DNA of 64,000 nt from contig NW_019091361.1 in NCBI RefSeq assembly GCF_001949145.1, positions 3,001,854 to 3,065,853 of the forward strand, written 5' to 3'. Positions 1 to 13,859 of the stretch are shown here, piece by piece (position 1 is the first letter of the stretch; every line of letters begins with the position of its first letter). Below the pieces are notes generated by a model. It ran no database searches. It was not told the DNA's origin and saw nothing but the letters and a program-made list of their open reading frames with translations. The position numbers and the translations under genes were made by a program. The stretch is from Acanthaster planci. Its lineage: Eukaryota.

Positions 1-464
1 CTCCGTGTTTTGTTGCTGCAAAAACAAAACGTCTCAATAAGAAGTTTGAAAGGCATCACTATTAAAGAAAAGTTGCTGATTTCTTTGTAACTTTTGTAAG
101 CAGTGCACTTTGATTATTTCTCCTGTGCTTAGGGAGCATCTCATCAGTCGGAGGGAGCGTTATGTTGCAACATTCCATCAGATCGCTTCAGCCTTCCTCT
201 GGAGTAGCCTGTGTGCCTATAAGAATCGAGACCATTCCGTTGGACCTTTCTACCTTTCACTGGTAAGCATGAGGGAAATGTGAGTGTAGTATATTGATCT
301 GAGACTATCAATGCTGGGTATTTAGCAGAGACCAATTGTACCACAAGGAGTGACTTTTGCTTTTGCTCTTCAAATGGGCTGCCAGAAAGCACTGAAATTG
401 CAGCGCTAACAATCATACATGTTCGGCCAGGCAGCACAACACAGGGACCAACAAACAAACTTAC

Positions 465-2687
465 GGTGGCTTGCTCCAGGACTCCCGAGGCAAACAGGTT
501 TCCCACCACGGCGTTAACCTGCTCCAGCACCTGCTGAAGACGCAGGTGGGCCTCCTGGGGGGTGTACTTGAGCTCCGAAATGAGGCGGTCTATCTTGTTG
601 AGGACCAGGCAGGGGGTGATGTGCTCAAGCCAGGCCTGGCGCAAGACTACATGGGTCTGCGTTGGGAGATGCATTCGCGTTAGGAGAGTGGCAGGAATAT
701 AAGAACAAATATTGATCAATTTTCAATACATGTATCAGCAAATGCAATTACCGAACAATGGTCAATGGGAGACTGTTCCTTACAAACAAAGTGGACACCT
801 TGAAATAACCTGGCCACAACTTTCATTCCTCTTAAGCAATCTACCTATGTGAAAGAGACTGGAATCAGTCACTCCAGTCAACTACAGTGAAGCAGTTTAT
901 TTCTGCCCATGATGAAGGCAGGTAAATTACTAGGACTCATCAAATGGCCCACTTGGCAAGGCAGGGCTGTGCCAAGGTGCAGGTAACCGACTGCTTTCTC
1001 AGTAATCGGCATGAGCAAAGTATGTTTTTTTCAGACTGTGATTAACTTAACTTTGAGTGTTGAAAACAAAATTGGCTTCTTGGGTTACCGCTGGAAAGTT
1101 TGACACAGATTTTTTTTTTAATACGATTTCCTTCAAGTTTCTGATTCCTCTCATATTTGACGTAAAATCTGATTAAGCATGAGGAACTTGTTGACATCAG
1201 TGACTTGAAGGGAGCCAGAGTCTGCAAACAACCCTCAACTTACCTGCGGACACACTCCCTCCACCACGTCTACGACAACGAGGGCGCCATCACACAATCT
1301 GGTCGCGGTGGATACCTCTCCCGAGAAGTCCACATGACCCGGGGAGTCAATCAAGTTGATAAGGTAGTCCTGATCCCCTGAAGACAGCAATGGACTCCAT
1401 TAGCATACAAACATTTGATGAAACTTAGATTGTGGGAGAACCGTGGCAAAATGGTCGGAAAATCAAATGGCTTGAGCACAGCAAGAGTTTTTAGTTGTCA
1501 TTCGACTCTACATTCTGCAATCTAGGAAAATTTCCTGAAGCCATGGTGGTGTGGTACTAACCTTGGCTAAAGCGAAGAGATATTGCACTGGATTTCATGG
1601 TGATGCCCCGTAGCTGCTCGTCCTGTCGGCTATCCATGTATCGCAGCTTCCCTGCCATGCGCGACGAGATGATCCCGTTACTGGAAAGCAGGGCGTCAGC
1701 CATTGTGGTTTTGCCTGGCAAAAATGGTGCAACATTCTGTCAGTACTGACCCAAAGGGCACAGTTCAGAGGGTTCCTTACTTGACTTCAGACTCAAGATT
1801 TTGTTACTGGAATTTGGAAAAAGCAAACTGAACACTGTAGGTTCAGTTGGTCCTTGCCACTAACACCACTTCATTTACAGTTGGCAAGCCTGCTGTATCC
1901 AATCCAACCAGTACAGCAGTGCGAAATTGACCAAGCCAATGGCTGTGGCAAAATGGAACGACTGCGACCAGGAGTACCACGTTTGTCTGTGGCAAGTGGC
2001 TACTGCCATCAGCAAGCAGCTTCAATGAGCACATTTAGTATTTCTGGCCACAGCCATGATTTTTGGCTGTGGTTTAAGGCTTGAGAAAATGATCATTTCT
2101 TGCTGCCCTCATTGGTGGAATCAATCCACTCTAAGATGCAAGGTACATGTACTGGTATCTTTCTTTCTTTCAGGAATGACATCAATTTGTGCATTTGTTA
2201 CCTTTATGAAAGTCATTTATCCTTTTTTGAGGCTGACGAAAAATGACTCATAGATGGGCCTCAAAAAGAAAGAACCTGTGGTCTTTTTTGAGGCAGCATT
2301 CATTTTTTTTAAAATTTAAATACATTTATTTCACGAAGATGGTGGACAGATTTATTGAACTCTTGCTGATAGGCACTATCCGAATTGCTTGGCTGCAGCT
2401 TAAAACTTGCACAGCTACAATCAAGTAAATCTGACAGGGCCTTAGTTTGACGTCAAATAGGGACTTCCATCTGTCCACCAGGCCTAACATTTGTGATTTT
2501 AGATAAATTTCGTATTCAGAAAAAAAAAGTCAAAATGCACGGAAAATGCAACAGAAAGGAGAGACAGTAAGATATCAGCTGAGCCAGTTTACTCACCATG
2601 GTCCACATGTGCCAAGATACAGATGTTGCGGATGTTGGTCGCATTCTCTTGTAGTCTGGAGAGTTGCTCAGCATCAACCCCCTTCAT
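465..2687 (-). CDS. EFL1: Elongation factor-like GTPase 1 (EFL1/EFTUD1/Ria1), first four coding exons; gene continues beyond the left window edge
   Basis: Minus-strand exons 2687-2597, 1714-1562, 1377-1244 and 656-465 have GT-AG boundaries and consistent phases. Translation [77 protein letters not shown]...[71 protein letters not shown] contains the G1, G2, G3 and G4 motifs of EF2-family GTPases. The segments [21 protein letters not shown] and LRQAW are EFL1-type. Confidence 0.95.
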
Positions 2688-3993
2688 ATTACCTCAGGAC
2701 TCCGCCCAACACCTCCAACTGATAATTTAGGTCAACCACTATGTACAAGAATAATTACAGGCATGCTAATTACCAGCTTTAACAAAAGAAAATGTAACCA
2801 CACCGGACCTGATGTGGCCTGTTATTAGAAGTGCACATACAGCAATTTACAGCAGAACTCAGGTACCACTGGTTACTGTCCAGCAGTGTCCAGCATACTG
2901 TCCAGATATAGTTGTTCGGGGGGGGGCTATTTAATATATTTACAGTAATCTCAATCTGACCAAAATCTAACGTTACACATGTGATTCCTTTCCACCAACT
3001 TTGCATGCTTAGGCTCTAAATAATTGGCATACTGTGCTCCAACACTGGACAAAATTGTTGGGAATTTAGGCAATAGCCAAATGCTCTCCAGCCCCCTCTC
3101 CCCACTCCTCCGGTCAATGTTGTCATGTCCGGCCGGAGTGCAGACTACGCGCATAACTGTGTTAGACCCAACATTGAAAGGGGGTCTGGGGGTTGGAGGC
3201 CCAACGAGATTTGTCCAGGATTGTAGCCTAAAGTTAGCCGTCAGTACTACTAATAAACATTACGCGACAGCCGCACATTGCCAAAGGTCACAGTCTGCCA
3301 TGTGTGCGTATGTCCAGTTAACCCTGCATTAACATTGACAGACACCTGATTTAATTTCCCAAATGTAACCCAAATACGCCTAGGGTCATAACAGTCAGGA
3401 GACATTGCCCGAGTAACAGTCTTTGGAGTAATTGCAGAATACCCCGCCACGCAAAAACACCCCCTAAAAATCCAATGGCTACGTAGTCAAGTGGAGGTTG
3501 TTCAACTTCCAGGTCATCCTTGCGTCAAGGTACGTGTTGTGTACAGTACTGAAGTCATTTTTGAGAATGAAGCACTCACTTGAATTACATACAACTCACA
3601 AGGGGAAGACCTTGTGAGTCCTGCAACGCAAAGTGAATGGGGATGGCGGAAGAATTTTTTAAGTCCAGTGTGGGTCCCGGGGAGCGGCTACGCAGATGCA
3701 GGGATACGAAGTGGGCCTTGTGGATGGAAGTGTGATTCCATATCCGAGTATCCGCAGCTACGAGGTGGGCAAGGTGAGTGGCGGGGTATTCCAGGGGTCC
3801 TGCTGAAAGTTTGGTGGTCCCTTACCAGAACTGCTTACGCAGCCGCTTGAGCAATCCTTGTTAGGGTGCAGGCCGCAACAAATTGGTTTTTTTTTAGTTT
3901 GCCCGATCGGGCAGGCCATGCCATAAATTTGCTTGCCCAAATGGGATCAACACTTGCCGAAGATTTCTTGGGATCCACAATTATTATGGTTAT

Positions 3994-4537
3994 TTAACCA
4001 CTTNNNNNNNNNNNNNNNNNNNNNNNNNNNNNNNNNNNNNNNNNNNNNNNNNNNNNNNNNNNNNNNNNNNNNNNNNNNNNNNNNNNNNNNNNNNNNNNNN
4101 NNNNNNNNNNNNNNNNNNNNNNNNNNNNNNNNNNNNNNNNNNNNNNNNNNNNNNNNNNNNNNNNNNNNNNNNNNNNNNNNNNNNNNNNNNNNNNNNNNNN
4201 NNNNNNNNNNNNNNNNNNNNNNNNNNNNNNNNNNNNNNNNNNNNNNNNNNNNNNNNNNNNNNNNNNNNNNNNNNNNNNNNNNNNNNNNNNNNNNNNNNNN
4301 NNNNNNNNNNNNNNNNNNNNNNNNNNNNNNNNNNNNNNNNNNNNNNNNNNNNNNNNNNNNNNNNNNNNNNNNNNNNNNNNNNNNNNNNNNNNNNNNNNNN
4401 NNNNNNNNNNNNNNNNNNNNNNNNNNNNNNNNNNNNNNNNNNNNNNNNNNNNNNNNNNNNNNNNNNNNNNNNNNNNNNNNNNNNNNNNNNNAAACCATAC
4501 GGCTCCGATTTCGGAGTCCCCGGCTGGTAGTGGTTAA
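3994..4537. mobile_element. Probable family A-related TTAA MITE spanning an assembly gap
   Basis: TTAACCACTT immediately before the N-run and CGGCTGGTAGTGGTTAA after it; total span is similar to the other copies. Confidence 0.55.
4004..4491. other. Assembly gap
   Basis: Run of N. Confidence 1.
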
Positions 4538-7500
4538 CTTTGGCCTACTGCAATACATGCAGTCTTTTATTAGGCCCCAAATCAGTTGGACTTTGCCTCT
4601 CAAAAATAGTGTTGGTAGGTTGGAAATTTTTTTGTTGGGGGGGCAATTTTTTGTGCTGATTGAATGGCATCAATGGGGATGACAGTTTCCATAATTATCT
4701 CAAAAGGTGATTAACACCCGTCTTAATCTATGTAAAAATTTCTACATTCAGTAATTCACAAAAAAAGTACTGACAATTCACACAGTGCTACTCAGGCAAT
4801 CGTGACAGCAAACTGGCCAATAATGTCCATGTATCGCATGGTAAGCGTGCGTGATGCATCCGGACCAGCAGTTGATAATACTTGAGCTAGAGCCAAGAGC
4901 AGAATGACCTCAAATTAAACTTATGAACGCAGAAAATACATACATAAATAAGAGACCAAGTCCTGTTAATTAACTTGCACAAAACCTCTTGAACATCAAA
5001 GTCTTTTCGGACAATGTAGAGTGGACATGTACAGTACATTCAGTACATGTTCAGTACAGACTGGTTTTGGCTCCTACATTTCCATCACACATTTTTGAAT
5101 GGGTGTGGCGCGGCGGGAACCAGAGCAGCTTCGTTTAATGCATTGAGCTTCGCGCATGTGGTTTCACGCCACTGCGACTTCTCAAAACAAGCATTTTAAT
5201 GTGAGAAAAGGTTACTGAAAGATATTTGTGACGACAGAAAAGACATCAGTTTTCAACTGACCCGCCGGACCACCAGTTTCATTAGATCAGCGGGTCCGCC
5301 GACTCTTTTACTGGCCTTGGGCCAGCGGACCACTGTAAATTTCGACCAGGCTGTAGGCCTATTCTGCAATTGTGCACACTCTTTTTCGGGCCGACCATTT
5401 TTAGTAAAAGTAACTAAAAACCATGGGGTCCCGAAGTTTATAAACCCCAAGATGCATGTCACTGTCAACATTGTCACGGACAGGCTAGCCATTACTAATT
5501 AGTGACACAGACCCTCGCTCTCGCTCCAGCCATTATTCATTATGGCATGTATGGCCCGGATAGGCGCACAGAAAAAGCTCTAGCGATGATCATCGGTCAC
5601 ACGCATTTCTAAAAGTAAGCATTGCTTTGCAGTATTTCGTCAATAGTTACCAACTAAATGTTCAATTCTTCTCTTGAAGCTCTGTCGTCCCCAAAACCAC
5701 GAAGAGATCCGAACCAAATTTAACCACATCCACGGCCACATCACGCACATGCCGCTTGCGCAATCAGTGTAATAATAATACATGTACTAACAATAATCAG
5801 ATACCGTGTTGTATTTCTTGTTCAACAACGTAGATATACGGCAGGGAACTACTTGTCGGTACCTAGTCCCAAAGTACGGTGGCTATTAAACAACACCACA
5901 ATGACGAATTTGGAAACGAAATACTGCATTAAAATACATTAATGAGTTTTTGGGTGGTAACACATTTTTTTCCGGATCTGTTAAAGATCAGCCACAGTGA
6001 TTTTATACAATAAAATGTTATTTAACAGGGAATTGGTCGTTATAACCCATAAAATGACTAACGTGTCTAAATTTTGCTTTGATTTGACGTGCTCAAATTT
6101 AAGACAAACAACTTCATCGCAAAATTAGTACTGGTGCTTTAAGCGGATTTCATCGACAAACAAACAACAGAGGGATAGTTCGCCTCAAACCCAGTGGCGT
6201 AGCCACGGGGGAGGGGGGCTGGGGGCAGGTTCCCGAAAAGTTCCCGAATCCCGCTTTTTAGGGCACCATTCGTCGTCATCGATATTCGAATATGGTAATG
6301 AAGTCCGTGCTTGCGCACCCAGTAAAATGGCCCACATATATCCTACAAACATGTAGCACGTTCAACGAACTGCATTTATTGGTACATTGATAAGCTGTGT
6401 TTCCATGATATCCCATTAGCCTTTTGAAGCATGACGGGCACAATGAGTCCCGAGTGGGACCAAAGGAGGGCGCAATTTTCCAAGCAACAGGGGCTCCTTT
6501 GGTGAGAAATGCACTTCGCTGACAAACTTCCGAAATGCACGGGTAATACAGTATTGTCGATACTAACAAAATGAAGACTCCCCTCCACACAGCTCCATCT
6601 TGTCAACCGATGAGGGGGTGCTTCTACTCAAGGCGGATAGGCGAGGGCCACGGACAAACACATTTCCTTGTGTCGAATTCCTTATGGGCAAAACAATGGA
6701 TGGCAGAGGGTATCATCGCGTTCGGTGAGTATGTGATATATTTCTGATAGCCCCAAGGCCCTCTTTTTGAGTCCTTTTGTTGAAGTGATCTCTAACATAA
6801 TTCGGAGCTTTTCAGCCAAGATGTCAGCTTTAAAATTCAGTGCATCAACGCAGAACCAAAAGAAATTTAAGCATCTCGCAATGAAAATGCAGGTGCTCCC
6901 AAGAAACTCTTCCAGATCTTATAGCTAATTTGACTCTCTTTAGTTTGTCTTCTTTCTCTTTTGTCTTAGAATTGCGCCTTTAATTCCCTGGTAATTTGGT
7001 GCTTTTTAAAAATGCCTGCACTTTACATCATGAAGGTCTTTTGCTTTCAGAACAAAAATTTAGAAATTCAACGCGAAACACGTGCTGTAGTCCTGTTCCC
7101 TGAGGTCTGTTATGAAGTGCCCTTCCCTGCAACAGCCCCTTGGTACAGCTACAGAAATATTTTTCTCCATCGGTAACCTTTTTCTGTTTTCAAAATTGTT
7201 TGATAGGGTTTACTGCTTTACCCAATCATGTAGTTTACATTATTATACATTCCTCTTCAACACTTGTATTTGTTTTGACATTCTTGTTATTTCAGGCCAA
7301 AGGGGGAAGTGTCTACTGGTTTAAAAGAACAAACTATTTGAAAGATAAATATCCTTTGCGCTTGCTCCCAGTCTGGGTGTTGTGCATCCAACTTCGATGA
7401 TATTGACGGTGCAATTATTTATCGATTCAACATCCACTGAAAAATTAGATGTCGGGGTTGGATTTGATATAGGGGAAGAAATGTCCCCCTTTTGTCTGTT

Positions 7501-7538
7501 GGTGCCGCGGCTACCGATATCTATAATGGGTGGAGTTC

Positions 7539-8507
7539 CAGAGTTGTTATAGATTCAAGTCACTTGACTGGGACTGAGCATGGAGGAAGGGGGGACTGCG
7601 TTGGACTCGAGTTGCTATTTTTGTGACTCGTGACTTGATTGCAACTATCAGCTTTTGACTTGTGACTTGACATGGACTTGCAAAAAATGGCTTGTGACTT
7701 GACATGGGCTTGCAGATTATGACTTGTTTACCAATGTAAGTCAGAAAACAAAACTACTCAATCGAACCCATTAAAGTTTAATTTTCAACTAGGCCTATCA
7801 GCCTCCTGACTTCTTGGCTATGGCGGGTCTTGCACATTTGACCGGCAGTGCTTGAATGTTTTTCACCTCTACCTCGACTATCTGGGGCAGCCAATCAACA
7901 GATTCGTTTGAGCCTTGTAATGAATCATTCCTATAATTTATGACGTCATAGAGTCTAGAATTGAAAAAAAATGGCGTCCCAATCTCGAGCCCGTAAATTT
8001 CTGCGTAAAAGGCGGCAATTCGAATGTGTGACCGTTATTTGCGACACGGTAAAAATTGAAAATGGCTCAAATCATCTGCGCTACTGCCCCAGACAATAGC
8101 AGGATATTTGTGAGTGTTCAACTTAAAGCGTCTAAACAATGCTAATTCTAATATACATGATTCAGTTTGAAAACGTCGTTTGTGAATGAGAAGCAGGTTG
8201 AAGGTTATCCGCATAACTTCCGCTGATCATCAGTCACGTGATATGAATAATACATATTCTACCATTATTACGATAGTCTCTTTCCAACCCTGGTCAAACA
8301 AAATAATAGGCCTTTCCAAGACTTTCCTGTGTGATTCGGGTCGCGGATCGCAGAATGAATTATGGACTTGTGACTTGACTTGACCTGTGATCAAGTGACT
8401 TGTGACTTGACTTGTGACTGGACCACATGACCGTGACTTGGCTTCAACTTGCAAAACACGACTTGTAACTTGACTTGGACTAGCAAATTGAGTTGCTGCC
8501 ACCTCTG
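7539..8507 (+). mobile_element. hAT-like non-autonomous element with GACTTG-rich subterminal repeats
   Basis: Imperfect TIRs CAGAGTTG.../...CACCTCTG, arrays of GTGACTTGACTTG near both ends, and a degenerate 8-bp target-site duplication TGGAGTTC / TGGAGTAA (8-bp TSDs are typical of hAT). Confidence 0.6.
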
Positions 8508-8944
8508 TGGAGTAAAACGTCGCCTATTTGCATCCGATATTTGTTGCGAAGGGCAAATTGGTGTTTTATTAGGGCCACGTAACGTAGTATGCACTGCGCA
8601 TGGGAGAGATGTTTCGCCGCGCACTGAGAGTTGTTTGGCAACAGAGCCTGAAAGTTGACCAATTTGTAATATTTTTCGTTGTTACTTAAATTCTTAAAAC
8701 TTAACTTGTACAAAGGCCTGTAGTTGAAGTATTTGCTAGCATATAAATTTAAAGAATCTGAAAAAAATTCCTCCCCTAAAAGACAAATATCCTGCAAAAA
8801 TTGACCAATCACTTCCGAAAATATAAAATACATGAAGAACAGCCCAATGTACGCGGAGTTACGGGATTACGCTTTACACAACAGTGTAGTCCTTTGGTAA
8901 AAGCCAAATTGTGCAATTTATACGGAAAAAAATTAAAACGATAA

Positions 8945-9340
8945 TCTGCTTTTGCGAGAGATTCTAATGTTAGAGAAGGCTAACCTTTGCTGACAAGAAC
9001 TCAGTGCTTCACTAATCAACGGAATCTGGAAACCATTGACTGCAGGTAGGTTTTATGTTTTACGTACATGTTACGTAAACATGTCATGGGGAATGAAAAC
9101 AAACGTGCATCATCAGCAAGGAGATCTAGGTACGATATCGCCGGAAGTAAAAGGTCGATCATGAAAGTTGTTTTACCCATCTCCAGGTGATTTTTCCAAA
9201 ATATTAGTTAAGGAAGACAAAGGGAATTCCGACATGAGTGTTTCTTGGAGTGGTTTCAGTTAGAAACATTCTCCCAACAATTATCAACCAAATTAGACGG
9301 TCAAAATGTAACATCCCCATAAACAACCGCACGAGGGTTC
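8945..9340 (+). repeat. Dispersed repeat, copy 1 (family B)
   Basis: Colinear with 22265-22665, sharing AGATTCTAATGT, TAACCTTTG, AAAACAAACGTGCAT, GCCGGAAGT and CGAGGGTTC. Confidence 0.7.
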
Positions 9341-9674
9341 TTAAAGCTTGCTGTGTGACGTTACACTTTGTACTACATTGTGTAACACTCACCGTGCTGC
9401 GTGTGGCCTTTACAGTCCCCCATACAACCATCCAGAGCACTCATGGTACCATAAGTGCTCTATCGCGCCTTCATCAGGACCTGTCCCATTTGACGTCCAG
9501 TTACTAGCCGCCAAAGTGTTGAACCTAACGAATCCCGACTAACTGCAGCCTCCACACAAGCCAACTGGCGCTGAATGATTGTTTTCTGTGATACATACAT
9601 ATACTTCATGTATTGGTAAGTGCGTTGGTCGGCTCGCTAGAGTGTCCGAAATCTGACAGCACCAGTAGGCCTAT

Positions 9675-11455
9675 GTTGGGACTGTCCCAACTAGAGTGCT
9701 GTAGTTGGGTTGGCCCCACGTACATGCATGTATACCTGTATGTTTCCTTCCTCCACTTAGTTTTGCTTATTGCTCAGGGTCGTACACTGGAACGCCCGTG
9801 AGCTTTTGTGATGGAAATGAGGCGTTAGATGGATTATGATGTGAGTCAATGATCTTATGTAATCAAAGTTAATATGCAGTAGCCTCTTTCGAGCAGTGTA
9901 AATTCTTTTTTCCCGTCTCTTCGTACAAAACAAATCATGCTTTTCTTGCAATCGGGGTTTTCACAAGAATGTGGAACACATAAATATGAAGCCAGCGTTT
10001 TATAGCTCCATGGTTGAACCAAAGGCCATCCTGGTGGGCATTAGCTTGTAAAAGATTTTTAAGCCAGATTCACTAACTTAAAAAACCTGGTTCGCTGTGA
10101 TTTTATTCTGTCAAAGCAATTCATTGCTTACCCGAAAGTCCAGTTGATATTCAACTCGTGTAGAATTAAGTAGGGTTTAATGGTGTCGATAAAAATCAGT
10201 TTATATGTCAAGGAACGATACTCGCTTCTAATGACGCTGTTGCATGAAATGGCTCAATATCTCTTTTAGAAAACTGTTGGACTTTGGGACTTATCATGTA
10301 TGTCGTTGCAAACGTCCATTGCATTATATTTGTGGGGTATGTCTTCAGGAAAACCCCTACAAGAAATATTTTAAACGGTTTATGTTGGACTCTATGCCAG
10401 TTGGCAACACGCGATGCAGCGTCTCGAGTCCATGTGAGACTACGGCATGCACATGTATCGAACACTGGCTACGGCTCTCCACCGCTGCCTCTTTTGATCA
10501 AAATTCGAAGTCGCATCGTAGGAGACAACACTGGATTGTGGCTACCCCTGTCATGGGCCGCCCCATACAATCCCAGAGTACACGGGCAGTAATGGGTGAA
10601 AATACGTGGCTAACTATCTCACGTACAGTATGCCCATCATGCCGCTAAGTTTGTACGCACGCATACTGAATTGCCCGCACTACAGCCAGAACCCAGTAAA
10701 ATATCTTGACTCGGACTGGTGGTCACCAAAAGTAATTGATCAACATCAAACTGAGATATAGTTGTTAGCCCCTCATTTTCATACCGATTAGTATTTAAAC
10801 ACTCAAAGTCCCTTTTGCTAACTTGCACACGATAAAAATTCATTTCTTGCCGATTTCTTTGCCAGTCTTTCTCACTCGGTACCTCCAAAGTAACAGAGTC
10901 AGAAGTTGGAAGTGAAGCCAACATTTTAGAGGGGATTTTTTCAGTTTTGCCGGGTTTTCCTTGACATTATTTGCTCAATTTGTGAATAACGAGGAATATC
11001 ATGAGCGCTCTACAAGAAAGTATCATGCAAGAAGGAAACCATATGAATAAGAACGGAAGGTTTTGTTCGTGCCTTCTAGTCAGGCATTTTGACGTCATTG
11101 TACATGTATATGAAATGTACATGTACGTATTAGTGCAATGCGGTAACAGTCAACTCGTACCGACACGCACTCGTATCCAGATGTACGTGTACGTGCATGC
11201 CATGCCCCAAATCCGGACATTTCATTTTTGACCACACACAGGTCCAGTGTGCATGTGCTAAAGTCATATTGTTTACAGTGTCACGTCGATGAAGTGCCAT
11301 AGTTTAAACTCCATGGTTTAAATGAACTGTGTCAAGTGTGAGATACATAAACATGGATAAGGTTGAGAAATTTTCTACAGAAATTAGTGGTCAACAAAAG
11401 TTGGGCCAGCCAGCCCAAACTAGAGCACTACAGTTGGGACTGTCCAATTGGGACA
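9675..11455. mobile_element. Putative decayed DNA transposon delimited by about 40-bp imperfect inverted ends
   Basis: 9675-9717 GTTGGGACTGTCCCAACTAGAGTGCTGTAGTTGGGTTGGCCCC resembles the reverse complement of 11401-11455. Confidence 0.45.
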
Positions 11456-13859
11456 GATGCCACAGGGCGTAAAAACAAGTCAACGACTGCTCCGCACTTG
11501 GGCTGTCTAGCTGCTTATAAAAGCTACTTCTACTTTTGGTATTATACTTAGCAAGACCATAGCAAGACCCATAAGTGGCTATACTTTAGGCCTACTCTTT
11601 ATTTCTATTGTCATACTATTACCACAGCGATTTTTGAAACTGACAGTGCCTTTTACAGTAGCTCCCTGGCTTAATGGAGTTGCTGGGCTATTATTTATAT
11701 CCTCGAAAGGCTTTGGACGACCAAGTTGCATCACATTTCAAAGAATCTGGTTCAGTGGTTTCTTCGAGCTAGTTAACGTTAGTTCATAATTCATTTGTTC
11801 CCCATCTGAACACCCCCAATGAAAGGTGACACGGTAGAACCGTTCTAAAAATGCTGAGAGCAATTTATCAAGTTCTTTAAAAAATAGCATTGAACTAGGC
11901 CATTACAAGTGGGCAGGTCAGTGCTCGTGACCCAACTAGGCGAGCAGCTGCACGATACATAAAGTTAAAGGGTTGTGTCTTTTGATGTGTAAGTAATACT
12001 AGGGGGGGGGTTGCATAGCAAGCATCGTCCGGGATGGCGCAATAGTACAAAAGGTCTATTCACGTGCATTCTAATGGAACAATAGCCTTGAATGGCCGCC
12101 ATGTACAACCTCTAGATAAAAGTTTGGCCGTGTGAAGTTCCTGCATGAAACGCATGCATCGTGTTCCTGTGCAGCATTTACTTTTCCTTGACCCCTTGTA
12201 TATGGTTATAGAGAAACGGAATGCGTAAAACCAAAGGTGTCGTTCTGTGATGTATTTAGTACAACCCCATGCAGGTCTTTTAATAGCCTTGCTTATCGTT
12301 AGTGCCCTGTTCTCTAGTTCCCCTACCTTGTTAGCCTAGACAAGGGCCGCCAACAACGTTAATCGATTCCACTGTGGCCCAGCAACATATCCAGGTTTTG
12401 TGTCGGGGGGGGGGGGGGTTAAAAGCGAATGCGGCTTCGGGCTTCAAGTTATTCAATGATGTTGGGAAGAAAAAGGCAGAAGCCTTACTCACGGTCCCGA
12501 CATCCTTGGGCGTATTCGAAACCCCCGTTCTCGTGTTAGGACAACACGAGAACGAGGTTTCGAACGGGAAGAATCAACCAGATTCTCACTCCCCACTTTC
12601 TGGGAAGTGGATGGAGAACATCAAGAACAACGTTGGCTGACATAGGCACATACCGTAACTTAATGTTGGTTTTGTTACATAAACTAGAAAACACTCACAA
12701 TAAGGAAAATGAAACCCAGGCCAAATACTCATGGCTATCGGAGAGAATTTACCCTAACCATTTAATATTATTGGGGATATTTTGGGGTTTTTATTTAATG
12801 TGAGATAGTAAATGTCATACCATCTTTTCATTAGGTGTCAAAATGGCACGTCAAAATGGCGACTGCTATCTTGACCTTCAGCGCAACTCCACTCCTCTTG
12901 TACTTCGGCGTTTGTAATCAACGACCCAAGAACACTGTTTGTGAGTCCCATGAGAATGGGGTTTCTAATACGCCCCTTGCTTTTCATGGTGTTGCTTCTT
13001 CAGGTTTTGGCCACATAACATTTTATGACTCGGAGATGGGGTCCACCTTCCAGATTTGACAGGGAATATACTTTCTAGTCTTTTTTACATTTCAGTTTAA
13101 CATGTACATTGCATATTGGTTGTTTTAAGCAAAGTTTTAATTGAGTAATTGTCGTACTGGGTTAAGACGGGTTTTATGTGACTTTTTAATTTCATTTTAA
13201 TGTTGTTTCTGTGTGCTTTAATAATCGTTTGAATAATGAAGGTATTTAAATGTTTTTAACGTTTTTATGACCGTATTCCTGGAAGTCAAATTCACATTTT
13301 TATGAATGTGACGAATAATAAATTGCGTTGAATGGTAGATTTGATGAATACAATATTATTATGATTATTATTATATTTGAATTAAAAAAAAACCCTGCCG
13401 TAGCCCCGGCCAGACTGAAACATAATTTGCGTGTACTTCCAGCAGCAGCCCCTGGTGCAGCTACCGGAAAAATCGACTCTAGGGTTTCCCATTGTCTCCA
13501 AACAGTTTGGGCTGATTTATGTTTTTTTAGACTTTCATATGTTCTTATTTGATATTGCAGCTTTCCTTGCATTGCTAGCCTATGTGCTAAAATTTGTAAT
13601 TTTTTTACGAGTGAAGACTTTTGACTATTTATCGGATGCCCTCGGGCCAGATCTCCCAAGTGAGGTGTTGCCTCCACTTAAATTAATCGCGAATCACTGT
13701 TAACATATCTTTGGCAGATCTTGACAGAGCAAGTTTTCTGTTCAAAGTCCATTTTCAAGTGATTGTATGATTTGAACTTTATATCTGGATTTTCTGGCGC
13801 ACAAATAAAGTCAACTGTGCTGTCTTTTCGGTGGTTTCTTACAGAACTTAGGACTCACA

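Noticed and set aside
3933..4682. Long ORFs containing X runs (also at 24711, 29250 and 43707)
   Set aside because: Artefacts of translating N gaps.
7560..8480. GACTTG arrays as a CRISPR-like or satellite array
   Set aside because: No constant repeat with unique spacers; they are subterminal repeats of a transposon in a eukaryotic genome.
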